Shown here in pieces: positions 1 to 11,597 of a stretch of DNA of 64,000 bases. The position numbers were made by a program, and so were the translations under genes. Origin of the DNA: Eledone cirrhosa (taxonomy: Eukaryota); NCBI GenBank assembly GCA_964016885.1, contig OZ024740.1:390228001-390292000 (forward strand), written 5' to 3'. Every line of letters starts with the position of its first letter. Position 1 is the stretch's first letter. The notes below the pieces were generated by a model. It worked only from the letters and a program-made list of their open reading frames with translations, was not told the DNA's origin and did not search any database.

Positions 1-1064
1 ATTGCCTCATCTCCCCTAGTAGTTTACCGTTATTGGTCTGAGGTTGCTTATTTGACCGGCAGTTGGCCACTTATATCGTACCTAGCCATCATATCTGGTG
101 GCCGTATCGCTATCCGCAACCTGCGACCCGTTGGTGGTAGAGTCAGATGAGTGAGTGTCTTTCTGTATTGCCGGTAGTGGAATTATTTTATGTGGATGTG
201 TGTGAGGGTAAGTGTGTGTATGTTTATGTATGGATATGCATGTGCGTATGTATCTGAAAATCCACGTATATACATATATAGTGTTAAAAAAAAGCCCGCA
301 TGGAAAAAAACAACGGAGACGGACAGTCTCATATCCTCAGCCAACCTCTGGAAATCGCTACGGTTTCGGTGTATTGATTCGATACCATACATTCTAGGGC
401 ACATTGGAACATATCAAAAAGAGGTAGGGACAAAGACAGAACAAGTTATGCCTTTAGGCGAATTACACAAATATAGATAAAAGTATCCCAACTGACAAAG
501 AAGGGAGAAAACGGTGCGTGAGCCAAAGGAGAAAAATAGTAACGGAGAAGAGAATAAAATGGAATGCAGTCTAAAGTGCAGAGAAAGAAGAATGACACTG
601 AGGCGTAGAAAATGTAAGAAGGGAGAATAGACGAGGACAGACTGGATGGTGTGATGTCTATTACATGATAATTAAAAAAAAGCCGTATGGTTAAATTTTA
701 TTTTGAATCATATTCTAAAGACTTAGACATGCGGGCTCCTTTTGAAACTATCATATACTAGACATCACAACGTATGTCTTCTTGTTTGTTTTGTTTGCTT
801 GTCTCTGTTACCTAACCGTCACTCTCGTGTGGGAAGTGGTTATCAAGCCAGTTGCGGGCAAAAATGCAGTAATGAGGTGCGCCGTTTTACTGGAACCACA
901 TCTCACGAGCATGCGGTCATTTCGTAAAACTTCATTCATAGAATAGAAAATGCACAAAAACATGACTGATCACACACAAATAAGTGGACGTTGAAAACGT
1001 TATCAGTGAATATCTTGGAATAAAAATACATTAACTACCCGGTTATTTATGACTCACTCTGTAT

Positions 1065-1113
<49 letters not shown>

Positions 1114-1292
1114 TGAATGAATACTTCAACAGGCACTAAGTACTTGTAGAAATATGCAAGGTGTTTATAATATTTGTGGTTCGATGGTACTAATTTGAGA
1201 TACCAGAACAATATAAAAAGAGCGGAGCAAGCGGTTATCAAATAATTCTCTAAATAAAGTAAAAAACGATTTAAATAATCACCTGTTCAATT

Positions 1293-1372
1293 GCTGTTAC
1301 CGACGGTTTCACCATTCCAAAAATTGGAAATCCAGAGAATTTCCAATGGAAAAAAATGGATCTTCAGACAGC
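1293..1372 (-). ncRNA. Minimal type I hammerhead ribozyme in a solo PLE pLTR remnant (~1110-1465) between (TA)n tracts
   Basis: Minus strand reads GCTGT-CTGAAGA-TCCAT...ATGGT-GAAA-CCGTCGG-TA-ACAGC: 5-bp stem I, canonical CUGANGA/GAAA core, short stem III, GUA cleavage triplet. Confidence 0.8.
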
Positions 1373-1462
1373 TTATTTCCATACTATAAGGTTGCCAGCC
1401 CTACAGCAAGTAAATATTTCGCTTCCTGCCCAACGCATGCGGTCAAGCCGTTAAAATAGCTC

Positions 1463-1567
<105 letters not shown>

Positions 1568-1603
1568 ATACAGAGTGAGTCATAAGTAACCGGGTAGTTA
1601 ATG

Positions 1604-1656
<53 letters not shown>

Positions 1657-1784
1657 GTGGGGCTCATTCTACTCACATGGCTTTAAAAATGAGGCTTGTT
1701 TGCATAATTGCAAACGAATCGAATATTATTATTAATATTCGAAAAACTCAGATTACATTTATTGTATTCAGCCATGTAGAGCGC

Positions 1785-1831
<47 letters not shown>

Positions 1832-1833
<2 letters not shown>

Positions 1834-3460
1834 TCAGGTGCCAGGTCTGTTCCAGACATCAGCGATCATGGCTCTCCAGTCCTTCCTGTTGTCAGTGTTC
1901 CAGATAAGGTCACTCTTTTTCGTCCTATCTTCATTGACGTATTTATTCTCCTTCCTCTTTCCAGCCATCTTGCCACAAAGAATCAGCTTCTCCAAACCTT
2001 CTCTTATGTTTATGTGACCCAAGAATTCCAATTGCCTCGTTCTAATAGAGACCTTTCCATGCCTCCCAGTCTTAGGACTTTATCGTTGGTTTTCTGCTCC
2101 TTGTTCTGAGTTGGCTATCAGGACGGTATCGTCGGTGTACCTTAGGTTGTTTATGTTTCGCCCTCCAACCTTAATTCCATCTAGACCGTCGATGTTACAT
2201 AGAAATGGTTCAATGTATAAATTAAAAAGAGGTGAAAGTACTTCTTTGAATCATTTTGAAATCGCCGATCTCACCATCTATTCTTAAAACCCCTTGTTCC
2301 CAAGACAAATACCAAAGGACTTGCAGATTTTTGCAATCTATGTCTAGTTCTTGGAGTATGCTTTACTTTGTCGAACGATTTTGCATAGTCTATGAAGCAT
2401 AGGAAGATGTTTTTTTGAACTTTAATGGATCTTTCTAATATCGTGGATAGGTGAAGATTGCGTTTCTCGCGCTCTTATATAGAAAAATTCCGAATTGGGT
2501 GCCCGGTATTTCTGAGTGAATTTTGTTTTTCATTCTTGTCATGAGAATGCAGAGGAGTATTTTTGTTATGTGACTCATAAGACTAATTGTTCTGTATTGG
2601 TCACACTCCGTGTTCCCAAGTTTCTTTGGTAGGGAGATAAAGACTAACATTTTCATGTCGTGGGGGATTACTCCACTCTCATATATGATGTTAAACAGTT
2701 TTGTAAGTTCAGAAATTCCTATTTTGCTTAGGGCCTTCAGTAACTCTGTTGTTATTTTGTCTCGACCTTGCCACACTTTATTCAGTGCATTATGTACTTC
2801 CTCCTTGAAGATTGGGGGGACCTTCCAAGTCTTTTCTTATCCGGGGTGGAGGATTATGTTTATCGTAAAATAGTTCTACATATTCTGACCATCTCTTCCA
2901 AATATCACTTTTGTCCATCAGAATGTGTGTCTTTTGATGTTATGCAGCCAGTTTTTGAAGACGATTTTCTTACGGAAACCTCTTTGATTTTTTTCATACA
3001 TATATTTGCTGTCGACTGTCAGCTCCGTTATAGCATTCGATTACTATGCATTGTTCGTTAATCCAAAATTCCTTGGTTTCGTTGCATTCTTCCTTAATCT
3101 TTTTATCTAATTCACGATATTTTTGCTCGTTTTTCTTCACCTTCCGCCGTTTATCCATGAGATCTAAGATGTCTTGAGTCATACATTTTTTGTGTCCTTT
3201 CTACCCTGTAACTTTCGGAAGGTGTTTTTGGCTGCTTTTTGAATGCATTCTTTCATGTTTTGCCGCCTCTCTTCAGTATTTATAAAGTTGTCCTGAGATG
3301 GAATATTTTTGTTTTAAATTGTTTTAAATCATTTTTCTTTAAAAGGTCATATTAGAGGTTGGGTTTGAATTTGGATTTGCTGGTCTTTTTCAGTCATAGT
3401 TTCATCTTGGCTACTACGAGGAAACATGGCCGCTGCCACAGTCTGCACCCGACATAGATT
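1832..3460 (-). mobile_element. Decayed RTE-clade LINE (RT and C-terminus)
   Basis: Fragmented frames: GRDKITTELLK...YRTISLMSHITKILL (2435-2776), INNLRYTDD near 2128-2155, and C-terminal FLGHI...LEKLILCGK...WRAMIADV (1834-2031). The 3' end abuts (TA)n. Confidence 0.85.
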
Positions 3461-3476
3461 TTCCTAATCTGATATG

Positions 3477-3568
<92 letters not shown>

Positions 3569-3899
3569 CAATGCCAGTACCGGTTGTATCTCAGCGCACT
3601 CCATGGGCAATGTAAGATACATTCCCAGAGTATACACAAAGTTATTTGCTTCAACACAACACACGTAAAACGGGTGCCTATAATGGTTCCCGGACTCGAG
3701 TTTCTGCCGCACTAATGCAGCAGTAAGGTGCACTGCACCATCTGTCTGCATATATTATACAACAATGCACAATCGGCTTATGTGGCTTCATCAGCGGGTA
3801 TCGCCTAATCAATAACCGATCGATCAACAGAATCCTAAGACCAGTCTATGCCGGCGATGACTGTTTGTGACGACTGACACGGTAAAGCTATTAGCAACT

Positions 3900-3960
<61 letters not shown>

Positions 3961-3964
<4 letters not shown>

Positions 3965-4892
3965 TAAATCATGTCTTTAGAATCATCAGATAATAAAATA
4001 TATACTATTTCTTCTTCTAATTAGCATAATTAACCATATAAAAAATCAATCAGAACAAGCTATAAGAATAAATGCTCTTATGGGGAAATCTCCGACAAAT
4101 AACCGAACGTAGCCTCTCCGCGGCGGCCCCAGTCTAGTATTTATCCAACATTTCGACAGCATGTAGAAACTGACTAAATATACCATCAACCATACACAAT
4201 TAGTTGTAAAATTAAACTTAGAAGAAATGCGCACATACCGTAATTATATCTCTACCATGGTTTCTTCCTTATTTTGGACATCCAAATAATAGGAATGTCC
4301 TGAGTTAGGATTCACCAGGAGACAAACTCAAAAACAGACATCTAGTTTTTCAATCCGATCCCGCCAAAATTAGATTAAAAAATGGCTAAAAATCGCTATG
4401 TGGCTGTGTTCAAGCCAGAGAGAAAGAATGTGATTGGTTGCTTACGGCGGGTAGGCTTGCTGCTAGAAAGCGCAGCCAAATATCGCCAAATTTAATCTCA
4501 ACCTATTGGGAGATTATTAAATACAAAGGTTAACATATACATAAAGTTATGGATATATATATGTTTGTTGCAACTGCTCACTTTTAAGCTCTATGAAGAA
4601 TTAATAAATTAAAAAATCAGAGCATTATATCATAAATCATGTCTTTAGAATCATCAGATAATAAAATATATACTATTTCTTCTTTTAATTAGCATAATTA
4701 ACCATATAAAAAATCAATCAGAACAAGCTATAAGAATAAATTCTCTTATGGGGAAATCTCCGACAAATAACCGAACGTAGCCTCTCCGCGGCGGCCCCAG
4801 TCTAGTATTTATCCAACATTTCGACAGCATGTAGAAACTGACTAAATATACCATCAACCATACACAATTAGTTGCGATTTTTAACCTTTGTA
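3961..4892. mobile_element. Non-coding ~930-bp unit with ~245-bp direct terminal repeats, flanked by (TA)n
   Basis: 3961-4205 is nearly identical to ~4630-4874. (TA)n lies on both sides and there is no ORF. Possibly a PLE pLTR partial tandem. Confidence 0.55.
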
Positions 4893-4946
4893 TATATATA
4901 TATATTATATATATATATATATATAATATATATATAATAAATATAT

Positions 4947-5027
<81 letters not shown>

Positions 5028-5133
5028 ATAATAATAAAATTGAAGACTAAAATCCAGAGAGGGCTCGATAAGGAAAATATATATCAAATATATAAGAACC
5101 GAAGAGCAAATATTTATTAAAATAACAGATTAA

Positions 5134-5184
5134 AGTTTAAGCAAAGAATCGCTGCTTTCACCCTTAACGGGATCTTCTGAAACT
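5134..5184 (-). ncRNA. Hammerhead ribozyme (CAGAAGA core variant), PLE 1 3' arm
   Basis: AGTTT-CAGAAGA-TCCCGTTAAGGGT-GAAA-GCA...TGC-TT-AAACT: all three stems form, U4 is replaced by A, CUU triplet. Confidence 0.65.
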
Positions 5185-5273
5185 AACAAAGTCAATCTGT
5201 AAACGCAGAACTGGATATTTCAAAAAACGTTGCAACCGGAGGAAGACAGGAAGACGATACTTTGGTTCATGGT

Positions 5274-5536
5274 GACGTTCGCTGGCAAAGAACGGGAAAA
5301 AACGAATAATACGTCATTAATAGGAGCGGTGAAAAACAATTACGTGCAAGGACAGAACCACGTTTATGGTATAAAAGAGGTCGTAGACTAATGTTCTCTA
5401 AGTGGTGCATAGAGACGTTCTCTGGCAATGAACGAAAAAACGAAGATAATAAGTCATATGTGGAGCGTGGAGAACAATAGCGTGCAAAGACAAAACCACG
5501 TAAATGGTATAGCAGAAGTCGTAGACTAAAATTCTA
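5274..5536. repeat. Diverged ~140-bp tandem duplication in the PLE 1 3' UTR (mirrored at ~8852-9114)
   Basis: GACGTTC.CTGGCAA.GAACG...CGTGCAA.GACA.AACCACGT..ATGGTATA...GTCGTAGACTAA occurs twice. Confidence 0.75.
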
Positions 5537-6109
5537 ACTAGGAGACCGAATGAATCTCCGCTACAGAGTTAAGAACAGAGTAAATAAATACAATACAGAA
5601 GTAGTAGGAACAAATAAATACATACACGCAAACAGATACGTACATACACAAGCATACGCAAAACCTTACCATAGGTATACAAAACCACGCACATATAAAT
5701 ATGTGTATGTGTGTATGCTTGTGTACAAATAAATAAATAATTATATAAACGTATATAAGTAAATAAAACGTATATTACAAGCGCACACACATACCTACAA
5801 ATAAATACATGAAGGTTCGGAGACGTAAGTCAACTAAAACAAGAAGTACACATATACACACACCCACCATACGTACGAACCTGCATACTCACGCAGACGC
5901 AAAACTCCCATATACACATAACCAAGCCCTAAATACCAGAATATGTAAAAATTATACGCCAAAACAGTCAAATATACGTACGAGAAGGTATACATACCTT
6001 CACAAAACATACGGGTAATATATACTTACCTATGCAAATAAGCAAAGGAATAAACAAAACATATACTTAGCTCCCACATCAAGACGTAAATATCCACGTA
6101 TAGATCGTG

Positions 6110-7831
6110 CTATCCGTTAGGGTATAACGTAGGGCTGTAATACAGGAAAGTTTTGTGCAATTTATGTTTACAAGCCGAAATTGCCTCAGATTTTTTGTTT
6201 AAGATGTGGTCTGTGGCGTAGAGTATTTCCAGGGCCTCAGCGGCGCAGAGGTCACATGGTCTTTTATTTCCGTTATACGATCTAGCCCTAGCTAGGATCT
6301 CCCAGTGTAACTTATATTGGGTGTGGTTGTCTTTTAGACTCCAGATATAAGCTGAAAGTGACGTCATATTCCTTCTTAGAGGGTAACGAAAAGAATGGGT
6401 ATGCATGTAAAGACGCTGCTTGAAACTATTGGCGGTTAACCCTATGTAGGCCCTACGGGACGTGGGTGTTACAACCTTACATTTGTAGACAATGTTACTA
6501 GAAAGGCATTTCCCGGATAGGGGACAATCAGCCCGATTCCTACAATTACAGTTAGTACTAACTACAGGGTTGCACGTGTTCCTACGGCTAGGTATTTTAG
6601 CTAAATTTGAAGCTGTGATGTTATGTGCGAGGTTAGGAGTCGTTGAGTAAGAAATTTTAATAGTGTTTCTATTAAAAATTTTACTATATTTATGTGTAGG
6701 GGGAAAATGCTTCGTAATAAGGGAAAGAAAGATCTTAGCTAATGGTGTGGCCACCTCCATATTATATGGTGGGTTAAACCAACAAATGCGACGGGATCTA
6801 TTTCTTCTAGGTCTATTCTCGTACTCTGTATATGCTACCTTATCGACAAATCCACTTCGAGCAAGAGCTTCATTGTAATAAGTGGAATGGTCGTTGAAAA
6901 TGCGCTCGTTGGTGGAAAGACGGGAAAGCCTCAACGAAACGTTTTTTACCAGGTTCTTGGTTATGCTGGCAGGATGGTTGGAATGCTTACTTATGTAATT
7001 AAGCGTATCATTCGGCTTTCTATACGGGTAATGCAACCCATTCAATAAATTGAGGGTAACGTCGAGGTAATTAACGACCGAGAGATTGGCCTCAACCTGT
7101 ATAGAGAGGTTGAAGCCTTTAAAGAAGGCTGTGAGTTCTTTTCTGAATCTGTCGCAAGCACGAGGTCCGCACTTAGTCATGGTCAAAAGGCCATCGTCAC
7201 GGTACAAACCACCGCCCGCGTTGGGGAATTCGTCCTTGATAGAGAAAAGAAGGAAAAGGCCAATAAGATCAGTAACCTCCGCAGAGTCACTGGCGCCCAT
7301 ACTCACGTCGAATGGGGTACTATTGGATTTTTTAATCCAAATAGAATCGTCGAAATTAATCACCGACTTTCGGGCATTAAGGATGACATCAACTTCGAAA
7401 TCCTTAACCACTGTGAGTGCTTTAGCGAAATTGATAGCTCTAAGGAGAAGTGGTAAAGTGATGGAGGAGTAGTAATTGTTGATGTCGAATTGGATAAAAC
7501 GACAATGTTCCTTGTTACATATGCCGTTGAACCAATCAATCACCGCGAAAGAATTGTTCCACAGTGCGAGAGGGGCCAAATTTCTAATTTCAGGTATAAT
7601 TCTATCAAGAGTCGTTTTACTAAGTCTACCTAAATCGGACTTCGTAGGGTTAATAAGCCGAATAGAGGGGTTGTTCGGAAAATTGGATTTGTGGTCCTTC
7701 AGGGTAAAGTGGGGAGAGATAGGGTCCAGGGGTTCGGTCCGGTCCAGGATGTTGAGGTCAGATGTGATTTTAAACCCAGCATCGTTGATTTCATTGATGA
7801 CACACCGATTAGTTTTACGGTAATCCTTAGT
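6110..7831 (-). CDS. PLE (Naiad-type) reverse transcriptase-GIY-YIG endonuclease, N-terminally truncated (~573 aa open frame)
   Basis: The frame stays open upstream of the track start (TKDYRK...FTLKDHK...IRLINPTKSDLG). Motifs: FIQFDI, MGASDSAE, GGLYRDDG, NYLDVTL, WFNPPY, CNCR-x4-CPL-x3-C, NIVY...AYIG, CDLC. Confidence 0.92.
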   Translation of the reverse strand, partial: TKDYRKTNRCVINEINDAGFKITSDLNILDRTEPLDPISPHFTLKDHKSNFPNNPSIRLINPTKSDLGRLSKTTLDRIIPEIRNLAPLALWNNSFAVIDWFNGICNKEHCRFIQFDINNYYSSITLPLLLRAINFAKALTVVKDFEVDVILNARKSVINFDDSIWIKKSNSTPFDVSMGASDSAEVTDLIGLFLLFSIKDEFPNAGGGLYRDDGLLTMTKCGPRACDRFRKELTAFFKGFNLSIQVEANLSVVNYLDVTLNLLNGLHYPYRKPNDTLNYISKHSNHPASITKNLVKNVSLRLSRLSTNERIFNDHSTYYNEALARSGFVDKVAYTEYENRPRRNRSRRICWFNPPYNMEVATPLAKIFLSLITKHFPPTHKYSKIFNRNTIKISYSTTPNLAHNITASNLAKIPSRRNTCNPVVSTNCNCRNRADCPLSGKCLSSNIVYKCKVVTPTSRRAYIGLTANSFKQRLYMHTHSFRYPLRRNMTSLSAYIWSLKDNHTQYKLHWEILARARSYNGNKRPCDLCAAEALEILYATDHILNKKSEAISACKHKLHKTFLYYSPTLYPNG

Positions 7832-8278
7832 ACTAACTGTAATTGTAGGAATCGGGCTGATTGTCCCCTATCCGGGAAATGCCTTTCTAGTAACATTGTC
7901 TACAAATGTAAGGTTGTAACACCCACGTCCCGTAGGGCCTACATAGGGTTAACCGCCAATAGTTTCAAGCAGCGTCTTTACATGCATACCCATTCTTTTC
8001 GTTACCCTCTAAGAAGGAATATGACGTCACTTTCAGCTTATATCTGGAGTCTAAAAGACAACCACACCCAATATAAGTTACACTGGGAGATCCTAGCTAG
8101 GGCTAGATCGTATAACGGAAATAAAAGACCATGTGACCTCTGCGCCGCTGAGGCCCTGGAAATACTCTACGCCACAGACCACATCTTAAACAAAAAATCT
8201 GAGGCAATTTCGGCTTGTAAACATAAATTGCACAAAACTTTCCTGTATTACAGCCCTACGTTATACCCTAACGGATAG
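7829..8278 (+). pseudogene. Inverted duplicate of the Zn-finger/GIY-YIG C-terminus of PLE 1
   Basis: STNCNCRNRADCPL...YYSPTLYPNG is identical to the C-terminus of the 6110-7579 ORF. The N-terminal part of track ORF 7691-8278 is antisense RT sequence. Confidence 0.9.
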
Positions 8279-9203
8279 CACGATCTATACGTGGATATTT
8301 ACGTCTTGATGTGGGAGCTAAGTATATGTTTTGTTTATTCCTTTACTTATTTGCATAGGTAAGTATATATTACCCGTATGTTTTGTGAAGGTATGTATAC
8401 CTTCTCGTACGTATATTTGACTGTTTTGGCGTATAATTTTTACATATTCTGGTATTTAGGGCTTGGTTATGTGTATATGGGAGTTTTGCGTCTGCGTGAG
8501 TATGCAGGTTCGTACGTATGGTGGGTGTGTGTATATGTGTACTTCTTGTTTTAGTTGACTTACGTCTCCGAACCTTCATGTATTTATTTGTAGGTATGTG
8601 TGTGCGCTTGTAATATACGTTTTATTTACTTATATACGTTTATATAATTATTTATTTATTTGTACACAAGCATACACACATACACATATTTATATGTGCG
8701 TGGTTTTGTATACCTATGGTAAGGTTTTGCGTATGCTTGTGTATGTACGTATCTGTTTGCGTGTATGTATTTATTTGTTCCTACTACTTCTGTATTGTAT
8801 TTATTTACTCTGTTCTTAACTCTGTAGCGGAGATTCATTCGGTCTCCTAGTTAGAATTTTAGTCTACGACTTCTGCTATACCATTTACGTGGTTTTGTCT
8901 TTGCACGCTATTGTTCTCCACGCTCCACATATGACTTATTATCTTCGTTTTTTCGTTCATTGCCAGAGAACGTCTCTATGCACCACTTAGAGAACATTAG
9001 TCTACGACCTCTTTTATACCATAAACGTGGTTCTGTCCTTGCACGTAATTGTTTTTCATCGCTCCTATTAATGACGTGTTATTCGTTTTTTCCCGTTCTT
9101 TGCCAGCGAACGTCACCATGAACCAAAGTATCGTCTTCCTGTCTTCCTCCGGTTGCAACGTTTTTTGAAATATCCAGTTCTGCGTTTACAGATTGACTTT
9201 GTT

Positions 9204-9254
9204 AGTTTCAGAAGATCCCGTTAAGGGTGAAAGCAGCGATTCTTTGCTTAAACT
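9204..9254 (+). ncRNA. Hammerhead ribozyme (CAGAAGA core variant), PLE 1 inverted arm
   Basis: Exact inverted copy of the 5134-5184 motif. Confidence 0.65.
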
Positions 9255-9270
9255 TTAATCTGTTATTTTA

Positions 9271-9310
<40 letters not shown>

Positions 9311-9502
9311 ACAGGGAGAAAAAGACGATTATTAGGAAGAAAAATATATTTTTTTCCCTTTTTATTTTTTTCTCTCTTTTTTTCTGGGTTAGAAAATGAT
9401 TAAAACGAAATATTTTACTTTGTGTGAAGTGTTAAGGTATTAGTTGATTTATTTATTAATTAACAATGGCATTTATTTATTTATTTATATATTTAATAAT
9501 TG

Positions 9503-9543
9503 TCTATTACCGGTTTCAGCACTTTTATGCATTATCAAATGAT
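9503..9543 (-). ncRNA. Minimal hammerhead-like motif with U3:A8 covariant core in the Neptune pLTR
   Basis: AT-TTGATAA-TGCATAAAAGTGCT-GAAA-CCGG-TA-AT: palindromic stem III, GUA triplet, weak stem I. Confidence 0.5.
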
Positions 9544-10568
9544 AATAATATGTATTGGTGTAGAACGGTGGTGTTGGACATGTTAAATAAATGGTGCAGA
9601 AAGAATAATGTTATTTACAAACAAGGTTTATGAAGTGAAAAGAAAAAAGAAAAAAAGGAGCGTAATGTGGAGCATAATAAGGCAATGTGAAAGAAAAAAT
9701 AATGTTATTTACAGGCATAGTTCTTGAAGATAAGCAGATCAAAATGTGTTAATATAGCAAGAGTGCGTAGTTTATCCATGATGGAGGCAAATGGTGGACT
9801 GGGTTTGATATGATTTCCCTTTTTAGAGAGTTAATATGCAGGGGGAGGTAATTCATGCTGGATGATATTTAATTTATTTAAGAAAAAGGATTAGGTAGGG
9901 TGTGAGGGAGGTAACTCTTTAGAGAGACAGGTATTTGTAAATGTTTGATTGTTCGTTCCAGTTTTAGTTTAGTCCGAAGTTTAGTGCATTAAGTAGGGGC
10001 TGGAATTTGTTAATGAAATACGTTTCCTTATTGGGACGATGGATGAAAGTAGCGTTGTCTATGAATTTGTAAATGAATAAAATCCTCCAAACACACAACA
10101 TCATAAAGAGCAAAAGACAAACTAATTCCATAAAAACATCCTCACACAAGCCAAAATCCAACAAACCCTCACAATGAACCCTACAGTAACAAATGCGGAA
10201 GGTTGGAATTTGTTAATGAAATACGTTTCCTTATTGGTACGATGTCAATGAATTTGTAAATGGGGAAAATTTTAAAGTTTGGATGTTGGTTGGGTGCACA
10301 ATTGGAGATATGTTCACTAAACGCAATCTTTCTGTATTCCTCTATTTTGATTTATGGACGGTCATACGTTGTCGAAGGCTGTTTTTTGTCTGTCCTATGT
10401 AGTGCTCTTGACAACCTGAGCAGGTCAAAACATAGATTAGGTTTTCAGATGCACATGTAAAGTTGTGTTTAACTGTGAAATGTTGTCCTTGTTTATGGAA
10501 TGTTGAACCTTCTATTAGATTTATGCATATGCCACAGTTGGGCCTTCCGCATTTTGTTACTGTAGGGT

Positions 10569-11597
10569 TCATTGTGAGGGTTTGTTGGATTTTGGCTTGT
10601 GTGAGGATGTTTTTATGGATTTAGGTTGTCTTTTGCTCTTTATGATGTTGTGTGTTTGGAGGATTTTGTTCATTCTTGGGTCTCTTTTTAGTAAAGGAAT
10701 GTTCTGGAGGATGGTGTCAAATGCCTCATTGTTGAGCGGGTTGTGTGTGGAGATGTATGGTAGAGTTTTCTGTTGCGGTTCATTCCTGGGTTTAGGGTGT
10801 CTGAGTTCCTGGATGTCGAGTTTTAGGGCACGTTGGAATCCATTGTTGATTAGGGATGGTGGGTAGTTTCTGCTGATAAGTGTGTTTTTTAATTCTTCTA
10901 GTCGTGAGTAGCATGTGTATTTATCTGAAACTATTGTGCAGATCCTTCTGGCTAGGTTATAAGGAATTGACATTTTGGTGTGTCTAAGGTGGCACGAGTT
11001 GAATGGAAGGTATTGTTTGGAGTCTGTGGGTTTGTAGTATATGTCTGTTTCTATTTTGTTGTTTGTTTTCTTGATGAGGATGTCGAGGAAAGGGAGTTGT
11101 TCATGGCTGTAATCCATTGTGAATTGTAAGTTTGTGTTGAGTCCATTCAGAAGGGTTTTGAACTCAAACAGTCTATCTATACTTTCATGCCAAAGGATGA
11201 AGCAGTCGTCCAGATATCTCTTCCAGTTCTTTTCTATGTGTTGGTAGAAGTTGTCGCCGTATTTGTCTAGAACTTTGCGGTAGAGAGTGGTTTCCAAATA
11301 TCCCATGACAAGGTTGGCGTATGAGGGGGCTACTTTCGTTCCCATGGCAGTCCCAGATTTCTGTCTGTAGTATTTGGCATTGAATTCGAAGAAATTGTTT
11401 TCCAAGATGAATTTGAGTCCCTCCAACACAAATTCTTTAGGGATGCGCTGTGGGAGTTCACTAGGGAAATTTTCAAGCCAGAATTGTATTGCCTCTATAC
11501 CTAGGTTGTGTGGGATATTGGAATATAAATTGATGACATCAAAGGTTACTAGTAGGGTATATTCATTATTGAGTGTTGTTAGGAGGTGGTTGAGCAT
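10569..11597 (-). pseudogene. PLE reverse transcriptase fragment (342 aa)
   Basis: RT core and thumb motifs (RYLDD, DIYYKPTD, RNYPPSLI). Frameshifted from the upstream part and from the endonuclease. Confidence 0.88.

Larger units (their letters stand above)
5025..9278 (-). mobile_element. Naiad-type Penelope-like element 1, 5'-truncated, with 1.45-kb inverted arms
   Basis: RT-GIY-YIG ORF on the minus strand. 5110-6561 is the reverse complement of 7827-9278 with only a few substitutions. Hammerhead in both arms; (TA)n on both flanks. Confidence 0.92.

Noticed and set aside
300-420. Hammerhead on the minus strand (CTGAGGA and GAAAC present)
   Set aside because: The core boxes are in an order and context that gave no consistent three-stem fold by eye.
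3770-3800. CTGATGA motifs on the minus strand here and at ~63762-63768
   Set aside because: No downstream GAAA or stem III; at best truncated or decayed pLTR relics.
7691-8278. Independent 195-aa plus-strand gene
   Set aside because: Chimera of antisense RT sequence and the inverted duplicate of the PLE 1 endonuclease.
5110-9278. Long inverted repeats as DNA-transposon TIRs or chimeric-read artefacts
   Set aside because: The arms are copies of the retroelement 3' end including coding sequence, there is no transposase, the arms differ by substitutions, and the same asymmetry recurs in three families.
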